A DNA stretch of 64,000 nt from the NCBI RefSeq assembly GCF_006345805.1, contig NC_043002.1, positions 107,508,001 to 107,572,000 on the forward strand. Reading direction: 5' to 3'. Positions 39,669 through 50,513 of this stretch are shown here, piece after piece (position 1 is the first letter of the stretch; every line of letters starts with the position of its first letter). Made by a program: the position numbers and the translations under genes. Below the pieces are notes generated by a model, which was not told the origin of the DNA, made no database searches, and saw nothing but the letters and a program-made list of their open reading frames with translations. The DNA comes from Octopus sinensis. Its lineage: Eukaryota.

Positions 39669-40460
39669 TAATGGAAGGAATGGGGAATCTGTATTTATCC
39701 CGGAGAAATTCAAAATTGATTTAATGTCACTTTTAATACGTCATATATATATTTTCTTAAAGAAATGAAAACCGAAATTTCTTTGGTGGGGGTCAGTCGT
39801 TTAGGTCGACCCTCGAAAGGACAGACAAACGGATTAAGTCGATTATATCGACCCCCCAGTGCGTTACTGGTACTTATTTAATCGACCCCGAAAGGATGAC
39901 AGGCAAAGTCGACCTCGGCGGAATTTGAACTCAGAATGTAAAAAGAATATATAATAATATTATCAATGTACAATATTCATGAACAAGACTTCTTATAATG
40001 GCCGTCTGTGTTTCACACGTAAGGTATGTACCCTGTTAATTGGTCAGTCACTGCGGTATTTGACCTGATATAATATCTTTTATAGACGTGGGAGAGATGA
40101 AAGTTCGCCTCAGGCAGGGGCCAGATGCATTTCAGCCTTTTGGAGGACCTTTTTCAATGGCGCCTACTTGCTGCCAGCCACATGTTCGAACGAAAATCCA
40201 TCGTCTCTGATATAGGAACGAACAATTAGAACACCCACTGATGTTGCGAATAAAGGCCTGGCTGAATAAAAATCCAGCATACGCAATTGAGGCGCTGATT
40301 AATTGAAATAGTCATTCATGTCTCAATGTATAAAGACCATCGACAGGCCAGTTGTAGTATTTGTCCTGTGATAACATTTCTTATTAGTGGGAGACTGGCA
40401 TCCTCGCAGATTAATATTTCAGTAATGCTTTCATTGCTGTTGTATTTGCTATCTGCCATT

Positions 40461-40820
40461 TGTGGAGGCGCAATGGCCCAGTGGTTAGGGCAGCAGACTC
40501 GCGGTTTCGATTCCTAGAGCGGGCGTTGTGAGTGTTTATTGAGCGAAAACATCTAAAGCTCCACGAGGCTCCGGCAGGGGATGGTGGTGATCCCTGCTGT
40601 GCTCTTTCACCACAACTTTCTCTCTTCCTGTTTCTGTTGTACCTGTATTTCAAAGGGCCGGCCTTGTCACTCTGTGTCACGCTGAATATCCCCGAGAACT
40701 ACGTTAAGGGTACACGTGTCTGTGGAGTGCTCAGCCACTTACACGTTAATTTCACGAGCAGGCTGCTCCGTTGATTCGGATCAACCGGAACCCTCGTCGT
40801 CGTAACCGACGGATTGCTTC
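40461..40820 (+). mobile_element. tRNA-derived SINE of a further family
   Basis: Head GGAGGCGCAATGGCCCAGTGGTTAGGG...GTTTCGATTCC with A and B boxes, CpG-rich body. Confidence 0.7.
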
Positions 40821-41409
40821 CATCCATCCATCTGCCATCACGTTTAGTGGTTCAAAAGTCTGTAGCGGTGACAGTCATCATTTTATGTACCCATGTAGCT
40901 CCGGCTTCAGTCTGAATCTGAGCAGTAAAATATGATTTGACAAAGATTTATCTACTAGTTCTAGCATGTCGAGTGACCACAGAAGTTACCTCCATGGCTC
41001 GTTTTGATACTTTCTTTTCATCTAGTGACTCCTGTTTAGAATAAATAGTATTCAAATTACAACAAGTAACCCACAGTTAGACATCTACTGACCAAGCAAC
41101 CGTTTCACATACTTCTTTGAAACCTATAACAAACAATAACCAAATACCTATACTAGCAACCCCACCCTGAAGCTGACACACCGAAATAGATACACCTGAT
41201 CTTAAAGTTTTACACGCTTCACCGAATAATACAACTCCAACCATAAACAATAAAACATTTTTTAATATTTCTCCATCAGAATTCAACCTAATTATATCAT
41301 TCAACGGAGCTCCAGAAAAACCAACTTAAACAAATTGAATTCGCATGTATCACAGTGTAACAACGGCTACGATGTTGGAACTTCGAAGTCACATATATTG
41401 TATTTGCTT

Positions 41410-42133
41410 TTTTTGCTTTAGTCATTTGTCTGCGGCCATGCTGGAACTCCGCCTTTGGTTGAACAAATCGATACCAAGACTTATTCTTTGTAAGCCCACT
41501 ACTGGTTCTATCGGTCTCTTCTGCCGAGCCACTAAGTTACGGGGACGTAAACACACCAGCATCGGTTGTCAAGCGATGGGTGGAGGGGTGACGAACACAG
41601 AAACATAAACATATACATATATATACGACGGGTTTCATTCAGTTTTCGTCTACCGAATCCACTCAAAAGGCTTTGGTCGGCCCGAGGCTATAGTAGAAAA
41701 CACTTCGCCAAGGTGCCACGCACTGGGACTGAACCCTGAACCATGTGATTGGTAAGCAAGCTGCTTACCACACATTCACTCATGATTATAAGATAAATGG
41801 GCGCAGACGTAGTTGTGTAGTGAAAAGCTTGCTTCCCGGCTACATGGGTCCGGGGTCAGTCCCGCCACGTGGCTCCTTGAGCAAGTGTCTTCTATTGTCT
41901 CGGGTTAACCAAAGCCATGTGAGTAGGTTTGGAAACTGAAAGAAGTTCGTCGTATATGTGTTCCCCCGTCCCCACTGCTTGATGACCTGTGTTGATGTTT
42001 ATTTCCCCGTAACTTAGTGAATCGATAAAATAAGTATCAGGCTAAAACAAAAAGTACTGTTGTCGATTCATTCAAGGCGGTGCCCCAGCATGACCGCAGT
42101 CTGGCGACTGAAACAAAGTAAGAGATAAAAGAG
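41410..42133. mobile_element. Two CORE-like SINE copies head-to-head (41410-41760 on -, 41786-42133 on +)
   Basis: Both alignable with 12492. Confidence 0.8.
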
Positions 42134-42174
42134 AACATCGAGGGAAATTTGGTTGCTATTTCTGGCTCTTTAAA

Positions 42175-43285
42175 AGGCGATGAAGTGGCAGAGTCGTTAG
42201 CACGCCGGGCGAAATGCTTAGCGGTATTTCGTCTGTCTTTACATTCTGGATTCAAATTCCGCACAGGTCGACTTTGCCTTTCATCCTTTTGGGGTCGATA
42301 AATTAAGTGCCAGTTACGCACTGGGGGTCGATGTAATCGACTTAATCTCTTTGTTTGTCCCCTCTATGTTTAGCCCTTTGTGGGCAATAAAGAAATAAGA
42401 AACGTTAGCACGCCGGGCGAAATGCTTAGCGGTATTTTGTCAGCCGCTGCGTTCTGAGTTCAAATTTCGCCGAGGTCAACATTGCCTTTCATCCTTTCGG
42501 AGTCGATAAATTAAGTACCAGTTACGCACTGGGGTCGATGTAATCGACTTAATCCGTGTGTCTATCCTTTTTTGTCCTCTCTGTGTTTTGCCCCTTGTGG
42601 GTAGTAAAGAAATAGGTATTTCGTCTACCGTTACGTTCTGAGTTCAAATTCCGCCGAGGTCGACTTTGCCTTTCCTCCTTTCGGGGTCGATAAATTAAGT
42701 ACCAGTTACGCACTGGGGTCGATGGAATCGACTTAATCCGTGTGTCTATCCTTGTTTGTCCTCTCTGTGTTTTGCCCCTTGTGGGTAGTAAAGAAATAGG
42801 TATTTCGTCTGCCGTTACGTTCTGAGTTCAAATTCTGCCGAGGTCGACTTTGCCTTTCCTCCTTTCGGGGTCGATAAATTAAGTACCAGTTACGCACTGG
42901 GGTCGATGGAATCGACTTAATCCGTGTGTCTATCCTTTTTTGTCCTCTCTGTGTTTTGCCCCTTGTGGGTAGTAAAGAAATAGGTATTTCGTCTGCCGTT
43001 ACGTTCTGAGTTCAAATTCTGCCGAGGTCGACTTTGCCTTTCCTCCTTTCGGGGTCGATAAATTAAGTACCAGTTACGCACTGGGGTCGATGGAATCGAC
43101 TTAATCCGTGTGTCTATCCTTTTTTGTCCTCTCTGTGTTTTGCCCCTTGTGGGTAGTAAAGAAATAGGTATTTCGTCTGCCGTTACGTTCTGAGTTCAAA
43201 TTCTGCCGAGGTCGACTTTGCCTTTCCTCCTTTCGGGGTCGATAAATTAAGTACCAGTTGCATACTTGGGGTCGATCTAATCGAC
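42175..43285 (+). repeat. Head-to-tail array of about six SINE-derived units; the distal units have an exact 184-bp period
   Basis: GTAGTAAAGA recurs at 42601, 42785, 42969 and 43153. Units are nearly identical. Confidence 0.93.
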
Positions 43286-43357
43286 TGCTCGCCCGTCACC
43301 AAAAATATCGGGCCTTATCCCTAGAGTAGAAAAGATTTTTAGCTCTTTAAATATATA

Positions 43358-43736
43358 GGCGCAGGAGTGGCTGTGTGGTAAGTAGCTTGCTAACCAACCA
43401 CATGGTTCCGGGTTCAGTCCCACTGCGTGGCATCTTGGGCAAGTGTCTTCTGCTATAGGCCCGGGCCGACCAATGCCTTGTGAGTGGATTTGGTAGACGG
43501 AAACTGAAAGAAGCCCGTCGTATATATATGTATATGTGTGTGTGTTTGTCCCCCTAGCATTGCTTGACAACCGATGCTGGTGTGTTTACGTCCCCGTCAC
43601 TTAGCGGTTCGGCAAAAGGGACCGATAGAATAAGTACTGGGCTTACAAAGAATAAGTCCCGGGGTCGATTTGCTCGACTAAAGGTGGTGCTCCAGCATGG
43701 CCGCAGTCAAATGACTGAAACAAGTAAAAGAGAGAG
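43358..43736 (+). mobile_element. Young full-length CORE-like tRNA-SINE
   Basis: Near-identical to 12492-12896. atagg at both ends. Confidence 0.9.
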
Positions 43737-44018
43737 ATAGGAAAACGTTTAATGGCGTCGTCTTGGATACATTGTTTGAACAAAACGTCTCTGTTGATAG
43801 TCTTACTGCTCAATCATTGCAGTTTAGCAACAACAACATAGACACGACTCAATCCAGCGCCAACGAATGGCCCCCTTTTCAATGCGTTACACATCTGCAG
43901 CTCACGCCATTGACGACCATTTTGAACTAGTTTATATTTGCAATTTGTCCACACAAGGACCGCTATCATTTCTTTCCCTCACATATCCTACTGTTTTCCT
44001 ATCAATACTCTCTCTCAC

Positions 44019-44056
<38 letters not shown>

Positions 44057-44356
44057 CATCGATTGCTGTTGTTTTTTCTATGTTAAAACGGCAAAATCAA
44101 TAAGACCTCATCAGCTGTAGATCCACCAATTAACCGCCACAACTCACGTCACAATTTCTTTTTTTGTTTTTTGTTTTTATTCTTATTTCTTTGATATCTT
44201 TATTTTATTTTATTTATTCGTTTATTTTTTTTTTTCGTCTTCTAACTTCGATCAGAAAATCAAACACAACTCAACATATTCAATTGTGTTGATGGGTTCG
44301 ATCATGAGAGGCTGGAAGAGAAAGATAAAGAAATAGATTTATAGATTTCATCAACG

Positions 44357-44569
44357 ATCATCATCATCATCATCACCATCATTATCACCACCACCACCTT
44401 TATCATCATCATCATCACCACCACCACCACCACCATCATCGTCATCATCATCACCACCACCACCACCATCATCATCACCACCACCACCATCGTCATCATC
44501 ACCATCATCATTATCACCACCACCATCATCATCATCACCATCACCACCACCACCACCATCATCATTATC

Positions 44570-44603
<34 letters not shown>

Positions 44604-44634
44604 CCACCATCATCATCACCACTATCACAATCAC

Positions 44635-44666
<32 letters not shown>

Positions 44667-44699
44667 CCACCACCACCACCACCATCATCATCATGATCA
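44357..44699. repeat. Complex (CAT)n/(CAC)n trinucleotide repeat
   Basis: Read directly. Confidence 0.95.
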
Positions 44700-44814
44700 T
44701 AGCTTTTGCACAGCTTCTGACGCTGGAGATATACTACACTGTCAGCTGTTCACTACCAGTGAACTAAGGTAACACCTATTTTTCGAGCACTTTCCGGAGT
44801 ATTCGAGCGATTCC

Positions 44815-44849
<35 letters not shown>

Positions 44850-45167
44850 CATTATCATCATTATTAAAGTGGTGAGATGGCAGAATCGTAATCACCCGGA
44901 TAAAATGCTTAGCGGCGTAAATACTGCTGGGTTTAACCTTTTTTTTTCATCCTTTCGGGGTCGATAAGATAGGAACCGGTTGACATCTCCGCGTCCGTTT
45001 CGACACGTGACTAGGATGACACATTATATCGTATTTCTTTGTTGACAAAAACTCAAATGTGGAAAGGAGAATGATATTTTGCAAAACGTTTACGCGAATC
45101 ACAAGTTCAGAAAGCTGTCAGCTTCCGCCCATCGTGCGCAACCTCATTTCTACCTTGGCCCACAACG

Positions 45168-45239
<72 letters not shown>

Positions 45240-45325
45240 ATCCAAACAAGAAAACACAGAAAAAAAACACAGCAACGCGAGGACATGGAACAATTAAAGT
45301 ATTATTTGACGCTCAGGAAAGAACG

Positions 45326-45360
45326 GTTTAACGTTTCGAGCGGAGCTCTTCGTCGGAAAC
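45326..45360 (-). ncRNA. Minimal hammerhead motif of a second family (U4 read as C)
   Basis: Minus strand reads GTTT-CCGACGA-A-GAGC(TCC)GCTC-GAAA-CG-TT-AAAC. Confidence 0.55.
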
Positions 45361-45433
45361 AAAGGAGAAGGAAAGATCCCGAGAGGGAAGACAGATATAT
45401 ATATATATATATATATATATATCTGTGTGTGTG

Positions 45434-45482
<49 letters not shown>

Positions 45483-45520
45483 ATATATATATAATATATA
45501 TATATATAATATATTATATA

Positions 45521-45572
<52 letters not shown>

Positions 45573-45813
45573 TACAAATGTGTATATGTATATGTGTGTA
45601 TATATATACCTATGTATATATATATATATATATATATATACGTAAGTATGTATGTATATATATATATAATATATATAATATATATATATATATTATATAT
45701 ATATATATAATATATAACGGGAAGCTTTATGAAAATAAACAAAAGACGAAGGCAGGTGGAGTAAAAGCAAACAATTGTATTAGTATGGCGCTCAGGAATA
45801 TAAATAAAACAAG

Positions 45814-45850
45814 TCTTTACGTTTCGAGCCTACGCTCTTCAACAGAAAGA
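45814..45850 (-). ncRNA. Degenerate minimal hammerhead motif related to 45326-45360
   Basis: Minus strand reads TCTTT-CTGTTGA-A-GAGC(GTAG)GCTC-GAAA-CG-TA-AAGA. Confidence 0.45.
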
Positions 45851-46074
45851 TACACAGAAAAGAAACATGATGGGTCACGTGTTGAAAATGGTGTTTGGCT
45901 GTCCAGTATTGAGGACAGAAGCAACTCCATCAAAATCCGAGTAATAAGAAGAGGGGTAACACTCGGACAAATGACCCCTTCAACTGGAAAACCACAGGGT
46001 ACAGGTTTCAAGAATGCTGCGCGCGCACACACTCACACACATGATATATATATATATATATATATATATATCTA

Positions 46075-47254
46075 CGAGGGTAATCCCCAAAGTTAGGTCT
46101 CCAAAGCGCAGGTAAACTGTCCGTGAGTCTATTGGCAACACAGGTGTGTCTGATGTGCACGCACCTGCTCCTGCGCGCACCTCGCTGCCTCGCTCAGTTT
46201 TGGCTTCGTAGTCGTATCTGATGGAGCTCCCGATTGACGCTACCGCCAAGTATGAAGTTCGCTCTGTTACTCTTTTACTTGTTTCAGTCAGTTGACTGCG
46301 GCCATGCTGGAGCACCGCCTTTAGTCGAGCAACTCAACCCCGGGACTTATTCTTTGTAAGCCCAGTACTTATTCTATCGGTCTTTTGCCGAACCGCTAAG
46401 TAACGGGGACATAATCACACACCAGCATCGGTTGTCAAGCAATGCTAGGGGGACAAACACAGACACACACATACACATACATACATATATATATATACAT
46501 ATATACGACGGGCTTCTTTCAGTTTCCGTCTACCAAATCCACTTACAAGGCTTTGGTCGGCCCGAGGCTATAGTAGAAGACACTTGCCCAAGGTACCACA
46601 CAGTGGGACTGAACCCAGAACCATGTGGTTGGTAAACAAGCTACTTACCACACAGCCACTCCTGCGCCTATTCGGTTTTTGAACGCAAAAGGCATTAAAC
46701 CGATTGAAATTCATCGCCAATTAACGGCAGTGTATGGCGAGTCGTGCATGGATGTCAAAAACGTACGCAAGTGGTCTAGAGAGTTTGCAGCTGGTCGAAC
46801 TGAAATTTATGACGAAGAAAGAAGCGGGTGACCATCAATTTCTGGCGAGACAGTCACGAAGGTTGAGCAAATCTTGTGTGAAAATCGGCGGTTCACTCTG
46901 GATGATCTCCGCATTTTTGGTTCCTGAGGTTTCCCGAAGCACCATTCATAGGCTTTTGTGCGAAAATTGCAGTATCGGAAGGTGTGTGCAAGGTGGGTCC
47001 CACGAATGCTCACAAAAAAAAACATAAATGGCAACCCATCTTATTGTCCGAGCTTGGCACTCAGTGACTACCACCTGTTCCCTAAGATATAAAAAAATTT
47101 GACCGGAATGCGCTTCAGCAACGATGACGGGTTGAAAGATGGGGTTCCATTCTTCCTCAGTGGCATGGCAGTGAGCTGGTATATGGGCGTACAAAAACTG
47201 CACCAGCACCTACAAAAATGCATCAACCGAAATGGCGATTATGTAGAAAAATAG
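46075..47254 (+). pseudogene. Defective mariner (Tc1/mariner) transposon, internally deleted and interrupted by a SINE
   Basis: TA|CGAGGG... left end and ATG at 46221. MELPIDATAKYEVRSV/IRFLNAKG... helix-turn-helix region, WVPRML motif near 46995, a YSPDLAPSD-like SYCPSLALSDYHLF, and C-terminal GDYVEK*. Stops and frameshifts present; right terminal repeat not seen. Confidence 0.9.
46270..46668 (-). mobile_element. Young CORE-like SINE inserted into the mariner ORF at a TA
   Basis: Removing it and one TA restores GTT ATT (Val-Ile) in frame. Confidence 0.92.
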
Positions 47255-47366
47255 ATAAATGTTCAAACTTGAAAATGATGAAAACATCATTAACAATAAA
47301 CGTTTCCTATGAACCAGAAAAAGAAAGGAAAAACAGCGAGTCACTTACTGTAATGGGTTTTTTACA

Positions 47367-47631
47367 TGACATTACTGCCCGAGGTTACCGTGGTCTTTTC
47401 CGTAGGCTTTTCTTTCCACGGGTAAACCTAATCTGTTTCCCCTTTTTACATTATGACATTTCTGTGATACACGGTCTCCATTGATCGGCTTGCTTTTTTT
47501 CCCCCCCACGATCCCTTTTGATCGAAATTCTATCTCCGCCTTTTTTTTTTCTTTCCTTCCCAAAAAGAAAAGCTCTACTTTGTATTTTGTCCCCTCTGTG
47601 TTCAACCCTGTGTGCCCAATAAAGAAACATA
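47367..47631 (+). mobile_element. 3' UTR fragment of the Tx1/L1-like LINE
   Basis: Inverted counterpart of 47676-47935. Ends AATAAAGAAACATA followed by tctatctagc. Confidence 0.8.
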
Positions 47632-47675
47632 TCTATCTAGCTAGCTAGCTAGCTAGACAGACAGAGATAGATAGA

Positions 47676-49010
47676 TATGTTTCTTTATTAGCCACACAGG
47701 GCTGAACACAGACGGGACAAATTACAAAGTAGAGATTTCCTTTTTGGGGAGAAAAAAAGGTGGGGTAGGTTTTCGATCAAATGGGATCGTTAAAAGGAAA
47801 GAAAAAAACGATCAATAGGGATCGTGTATCAGAGAAATTTCATGGTGTAAAATGTAAAGGGGGAAGCAGATAAGGTTTATCCGCGGAAAGAAAAGCTTAC
47901 AGAAAAGACCACGGTAACCTTGGTCAATAATGTCACATGTTAACACATTTATTTGCAAGTAAATAACTCTCTGTTTTAAATTTTTCCGGGTTCATAGGAT
48001 TATGCTCGAGGTGGCTTCGACATTCATACGTGCCATCCTTGCTACATTCACCCATCTTTTTTTTTAAACATTCGCTAGACAAAACTTGCCTCTCTACTCT
48101 CACGTTCCTTTTCAAGTGATACTTGAAGAAGTTGATGAGAGATTGACCAGAGAGGAAAGTGTTTGTCTCTAATCCTTTCAGACGCGTCCACCAGATACAT
48201 TCTTTCACCATAGCTACAAGTATGATGAAAATAGCTCTTCCTTCCCGTTTGAAGGTAGGAGGCATGACGATATTGACGATAGACTCGGCTGATAAACCGA
48301 CTCGTCCCACACGTGACAGCAGTCGTTCGACGTAAGCCCACAAGTCGGAAATGGTTGGACACTGCACGAGTGCGTGCAGAACGGTTTCGTCGCACTGACT
48401 GCATCTCGGGCAAGTCGGTCTCGAACCGTGCCTGTAGATCTTATCCCGAACAGGTAATGCTTCTCGATTGCACTGCCAGGCCAGGGAACTTTGGTGATTG
48501 TCCATAGGTCCTGGCCCCAAAGTTGTCCTGAACAGGCGTTCAGGTGTTCCTCGTCGACTCCCAGATTCTGCCCGAGAACGTCGTTGCACCTCCCCTCCAC
48601 TCATCCTCTATAGAATGCCTTTGTTGTAATGAAGTTTGGTCCAGGACGGCAGAGTTGCTTGAGAGCAAGGCGGCACTCGCAGTGCCATTCGCATAGCCTC
48701 GGTCTCTGTTTGATCCACGACTGCAGCTCGGCCAAGGAGACGAGTTGCTGGAAAATCGCACCGCACAAACGGCGACCACACCTATTTACCGTCGTCTATG
48801 AAGCGCCGGAGATGTCGCAGTCTCAGCTCATGTCTGCGAATCATCAACCACGGCATGCCTAGCCCTCCATTTAGCGTGTATTGACAGAAAATGGATCGCC
48901 TAACCATCGGAATGCTTCCTTTCCACAGGAAGCGGGAGAGTATGCGTTCCAGTTTGGTGATGGTAAGGTCCGGACAAGGCACAACGGTCAGACGGTACTC
49001 GATGACGGAT
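47676..49010 (-). mobile_element. 5'-truncated Tx1/L1-clade non-LTR retrotransposon (post-RT region, zf-RVT-type zinc finger, 3' UTR)
   Basis: KLERILSRFLWKG...GGLGMP, then LAWQCNREALPV...CPRCSQCDETVLHALVQC. Frameshifted. Both ends abut (AGAT)n. Confidence 0.85.
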
Positions 49011-49028
49011 ACGGATAGATAGATAGAT

Positions 49029-49102
<74 letters not shown>

Positions 49103-49108
49103 CTATCT

Positions 49109-49260
49109 AAGTTTCTTTATTGGCCACACAGAGCTGCACACAGATGGGACAAGTTACAAGGTAGAGCTTTTCTTTTGGGGGATGAAAAAAAACAAAAAAC
49201 AAAAGAAACAAAAAAAAGGTGGCGTAGGTTTTCGATCAAAAGGGATCGTAAAAGGGGAAA
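49109..49260 (-). mobile_element. Third 3'-end fragment of the Tx1-like LINE, within (AGAT)n
   Basis: GTTTCTTTATTGGCCACACAG... matches 47677 onward. Confidence 0.8.
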
Positions 49261-49743
49261 AAAAAGAAAGGAACAAAAGAAAAGAGAAATGAAAAAAAAA
49301 GAAGAAAAAAGGGGAAGAGGAAAAATAGATAGATAGATAGATAAGATAAGATAAGATAGATAGATAGATATATAGATAGATAGACAGACAGACAGATTAT
49401 TGCTCGTAGCTCAAAGTGGTGTTGAACTAAATAAAACCAAAAAATGAGCTTTAGAGCAGAAATTTATTTCAGACTAAAATAAAATGTGCACATAAACCGC
49501 CATCAGTCAGAATAAATAGCTGAAAGGGGACAAAAAAATATATCAAATTAAGTATAGTAAATAAATAGGTGAAAAGATAAATACATAAGTAAAGAGGTTA
49601 ATTGTAAAAAGCTTGCGGTCGATACAACGGAGCACTTTTTATAGCCAAATGTCAATGTGACACTTTTGATATTTTGTATGAACCACTTCTCGACCATCTC
49701 GTGGTCCACCTCGTGCATCGCTGATCTCTATACAACAGCAATC

Positions 49744-49782
<39 letters not shown>

Positions 49783-49802
49783 TTAATAATAATAATAATA
49801 AT

Positions 49803-50513
49803 AAATGCCCTGATGCAGTACCAGGCAGTGGCTCTCATGGCTTCTGATCTTAACTGATTGGAAGTGTTATCATGTACATTGTTTTGTCTTGGTATAAAAG
49901 ATGGGCTACAGCAAATATTCTGCTCAATACCACAGATTTGCTTGTCAGTTGCTTGACCTTAACCTATTTCTTTACTACCCACAAGGGGCTAAACACAGAA
50001 GGGACAAGCAAGGACAGACATAGGTATTAAGTCGATTACATCGACCTTAGTGCGTAACTGGTACTTAATTTATCGACCCCGAAAGGATGAAAGGCAAAGT
50101 CGACCTCGGCGGAATTTGAACTCACAACGTAACGCAGACGAAATACCGCTAAGCATTTCGCCCGGCGTGCTAACGTTTCTGCCAGCTCCCCGCCTTGACC
50201 ATAACCAGTTGACCATGTCCCTTAGTGGCTGACGATATGTGCATCTCTGATCACGAGCAGAAGTAGTGGGGGGGGGAGCATCATAGCCATGTGTTGAGAG
50301 GGATTCTTTGGGATTTGAATAATTCACCTCTGGAAACATGGGTGTTTCGTTCAACATCATTAAACAACCCTTATTCAGGACCTTTTGAGCGGGATGGGTT
50401 ACTCGACCAGAAGAAAATTCTAACTGGGCCCCACCTGCAAGGTCATGTGCTGTTTATCTTGATATGAGATCACCATGTCGCGCACATATGGTTGTGATGC
50501 ATGTGTCTGGTGT
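49803..50513 (+). mobile_element. Unclassified (AAT)n-associated element X, copy 1; interrupted by a SINE and 3'-truncated
   Basis: Starts AAATGCCCTGATGCAGTACC directly after (AAT)n. Colinear with 59228-59766. Confidence 0.85.
49965..50193 (-). mobile_element. Full-length tRNA-SINE (GACTTTGCC core) with a 13-bp TSD
   Basis: cttgaccttaacc at 49952-49964 and cttgaccataacc at 50194-50206. Head GGCGGGGAGCTGGCAGAAACGTTAG, tail ...GTAGTAAAGAAATA. Confidence 0.9.

Noticed and set aside
42175-43285. CRISPR-like array
   Set aside because: Units are whole-length repeats with no unique spacers, are SINE-derived, and lie in a eukaryotic context.
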